From Acanthaster planci (taxonomy: Eukaryota), in NCBI RefSeq assembly GCF_001949145.1, contig NW_019091356.1:708938-736592 (forward strand): DNA of 27,655 nucleotides, in the 5' to 3' direction. Below the pieces are notes generated by a model. The model did not search any database. It saw nothing but the letters and a program-made list of their open reading frames with translations, and was not told the origin of the DNA. Made by a program: the position numbers and the translations under genes. Below are positions 25,611-27,655 of this stretch, in pieces; position 1 is the stretch's first letter, and every line of letters starts with the position of its first letter.

Positions 25611-27655
25611 TAATGAAGTTTTTGATTAGCCTATCCCGTTTTTATTTTTACAAAATTCTTCAGCATGCCATCACATCCTGGGTGAAAAGTTTAAAGAAAT
25701 GTGTTTATTCTGAGGTTACTGTTTGCAGAATATATTTCCATATTAGTTATATATACTCCATTTGTCGCGTATTCTTATCAACATAACAGAAAAACACCCC
25801 TTTTGTAACCAAGGCCTAGGTATACCTGTAATCAGATGTACAACGCAACGACTGTGTTACCATGGCAGTAACGTATTCATTGACGTGAACGAGTGGCATA
25901 CAAGTGCTGTAAATGGCAACACATCGTGTGCTCTTTACTTTGTACGTGTCATAAATAATTAAGCTCATCTAATATACACCGAGTAGTGTCTGAATTTAAT
26001 ATTAACTTGCTAATGAAACCAACCTTGTGTGTCTTTGGTCTCCAGCTTGCAGAATGCACAGCGTGGTACGCGTATGGGTGTAGAGTAATGGAAGTGCGTT
26101 ACGATACGCGCTCGAACTTGACACGCTCATTTTATGTATTAGAAAGCAGTACCATTTCACTCATAGGCATTTCATGTGTTGGCCTAATAGGACGGGGAAA
26201 AATTCGAATGATGGTCATGAAATAGCAACCCCCCTCCCCCAAGTCTGGACTCAAAAGTAGCCACAAAATAAACAACGAACGAGGGCTTCCAAGAAAGCGG
26301 ATCGGTCATCGCTATGAAGTAGCTCCATGATTAATTTAACCACCATTAGCATTCATTGACGGCCTGGCGAATAAAAAGTAATATTGACGGGTATTGAATG
26401 TGTGAAACTGGCAATCGCTGGCCGTATCACAAAAGCCTCATCACCAAAGTTAGCGGCGCTATACTATCTTTGCTCATCACGGTGCTAGGGGACAAAACCA
26501 CAAAACCAAAGATAGTATAGTGCAATTGAGGGCGCTACATTGTTTCTGGATAATACATGGTACATCCGCATGATATGAACTTGACGAAGGGGGAACTATG
26601 CAAATTTAATCGCTACCTTGAAGTAAATCACTGCTTTGTTTTGTTTTACTCGGAAAAAATTACCCAACCGCTGAGAAAAAGGACAAAACTCGTTACACCA
26701 AATAAAAACGCCGTAACCTAAAAAGACCTATATAACTAAACGTTGTATTGGGGGAAAAAACAAAATAAAAAAACTGTGTACTTTTGTTTAGTTTACCAAA
26801 GTCTATGATGCTGTTCGAGTCTAGCAGAACCATTATAACTTGACAATTAACAAAACGGCAATCCACTTCCATGAAAGGAACAAAATAACTAAAAATAGTG
26901 CGTTGATGAACCACTATTTGAGAGTCTGCCTCGATGGACGTGACCAGACAGCTAAAACTGTGACTCGGTTGACTGGGCAACAAAAAGTCAAGTTTGTCGA
27001 TTGCGATTGGTGAAATAATAAAAACGCCAGGTCCATTTTTGTCAGAAGGCATCTACACTGTCTAGTGAACCTATGTGGCTATCAAAAATGTACTGTCACC
27101 CCTTTGTTGCTTAATTGTTTCAGAATAGAACCTTCAGAGAGGCCTTGGGCATTTTTAATTTTTTTTTTCGAGGAATTGGTACTGGGGTAGAGGGCTTTTG
27201 ATTTTCCATAGCATCTTTATCTAGACAAACCCCCTCTCGTTTCTCTAATGGAACAGTCCAAGAGCAGTGACCCCATGTCGAGAGTATTTAAACGGACGAA
27301 ACATAACAGTGTGAGATCAGTTTTCTCCAGCAAACTCAGAGCTGCACCTGTGACTTGTAGTTGCTCGCTAGTATCAGTGGCGAATAGATGACAGACACCA
27401 TCTTTGCAGGTAAGAGGAGCTCACGGAGTTTTTGTTTTTCATCGTGGTTAAATGGTCACAAATTAATTGAAAACAAATTTGTGTTTTATCATTATGCCTT
27501 GGCATCTGGTGATGCCGCGATTCACTGTGTGCCAAACGCACTTAACTATGTCGACGGAGGCAAAGCCGGCTCCATTCGCGTCCATTCCACATTGTTTGTC
27601 AGGTCCTGATATGCATGCATGCGTAAATTTTTATGAGAACAGAGCCCAGCCACAG

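Noticed and set aside
26693..27609. ORFs 26693..27052 (-) and 27388..27609 (+)
   Set aside because: Composition looks non-coding, with no motifs or supporting splice partners within the window.

Overview
This is eukaryotic (metazoan) genomic DNA, AT-rich and intron-containing; it is probably from an invertebrate deuterostome, and echinoderm-like repeats suggest that group, but this is inference only. Three spliced genes were reconstructed by hand with consistent GT-AG sites and reading frames. (1) A 7-exon CDK2 (CDK2/3-type PSTAIRE kinase, 298 aa) lies on the minus strand. (2) A CCDC12 (Cwf18-family spliceosome protein, 169 aa, 6 coding exons) lies on the plus strand, head-to-head with CDK2 across 468 bp. 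(3) A CNBD2-like cyclic-nucleotide-binding protein (about 800 aa, 12 coding exons) lies on the minus strand, tail-to-tail with CCDC12; its 5' end is uncertain and may use alternative first exons or be preceded by a small orphan gene. Non-coding DNA carries a hAT-type MITE with a perfect 8-bp TSD, a Harbinger-like MITE in the putative CDK2 3' UTR, three diverged copies of one repeat family, a truncated LINE-like 3' end and an exact 80-bp tandem duplication. I found no convincing evidence of a wholly new biological system. The best leads are regulatory or structural: the bidirectional promoter, uORFs, possibly overlapping 3' UTRs, an intronic hairpin and unresolved upstream exons.
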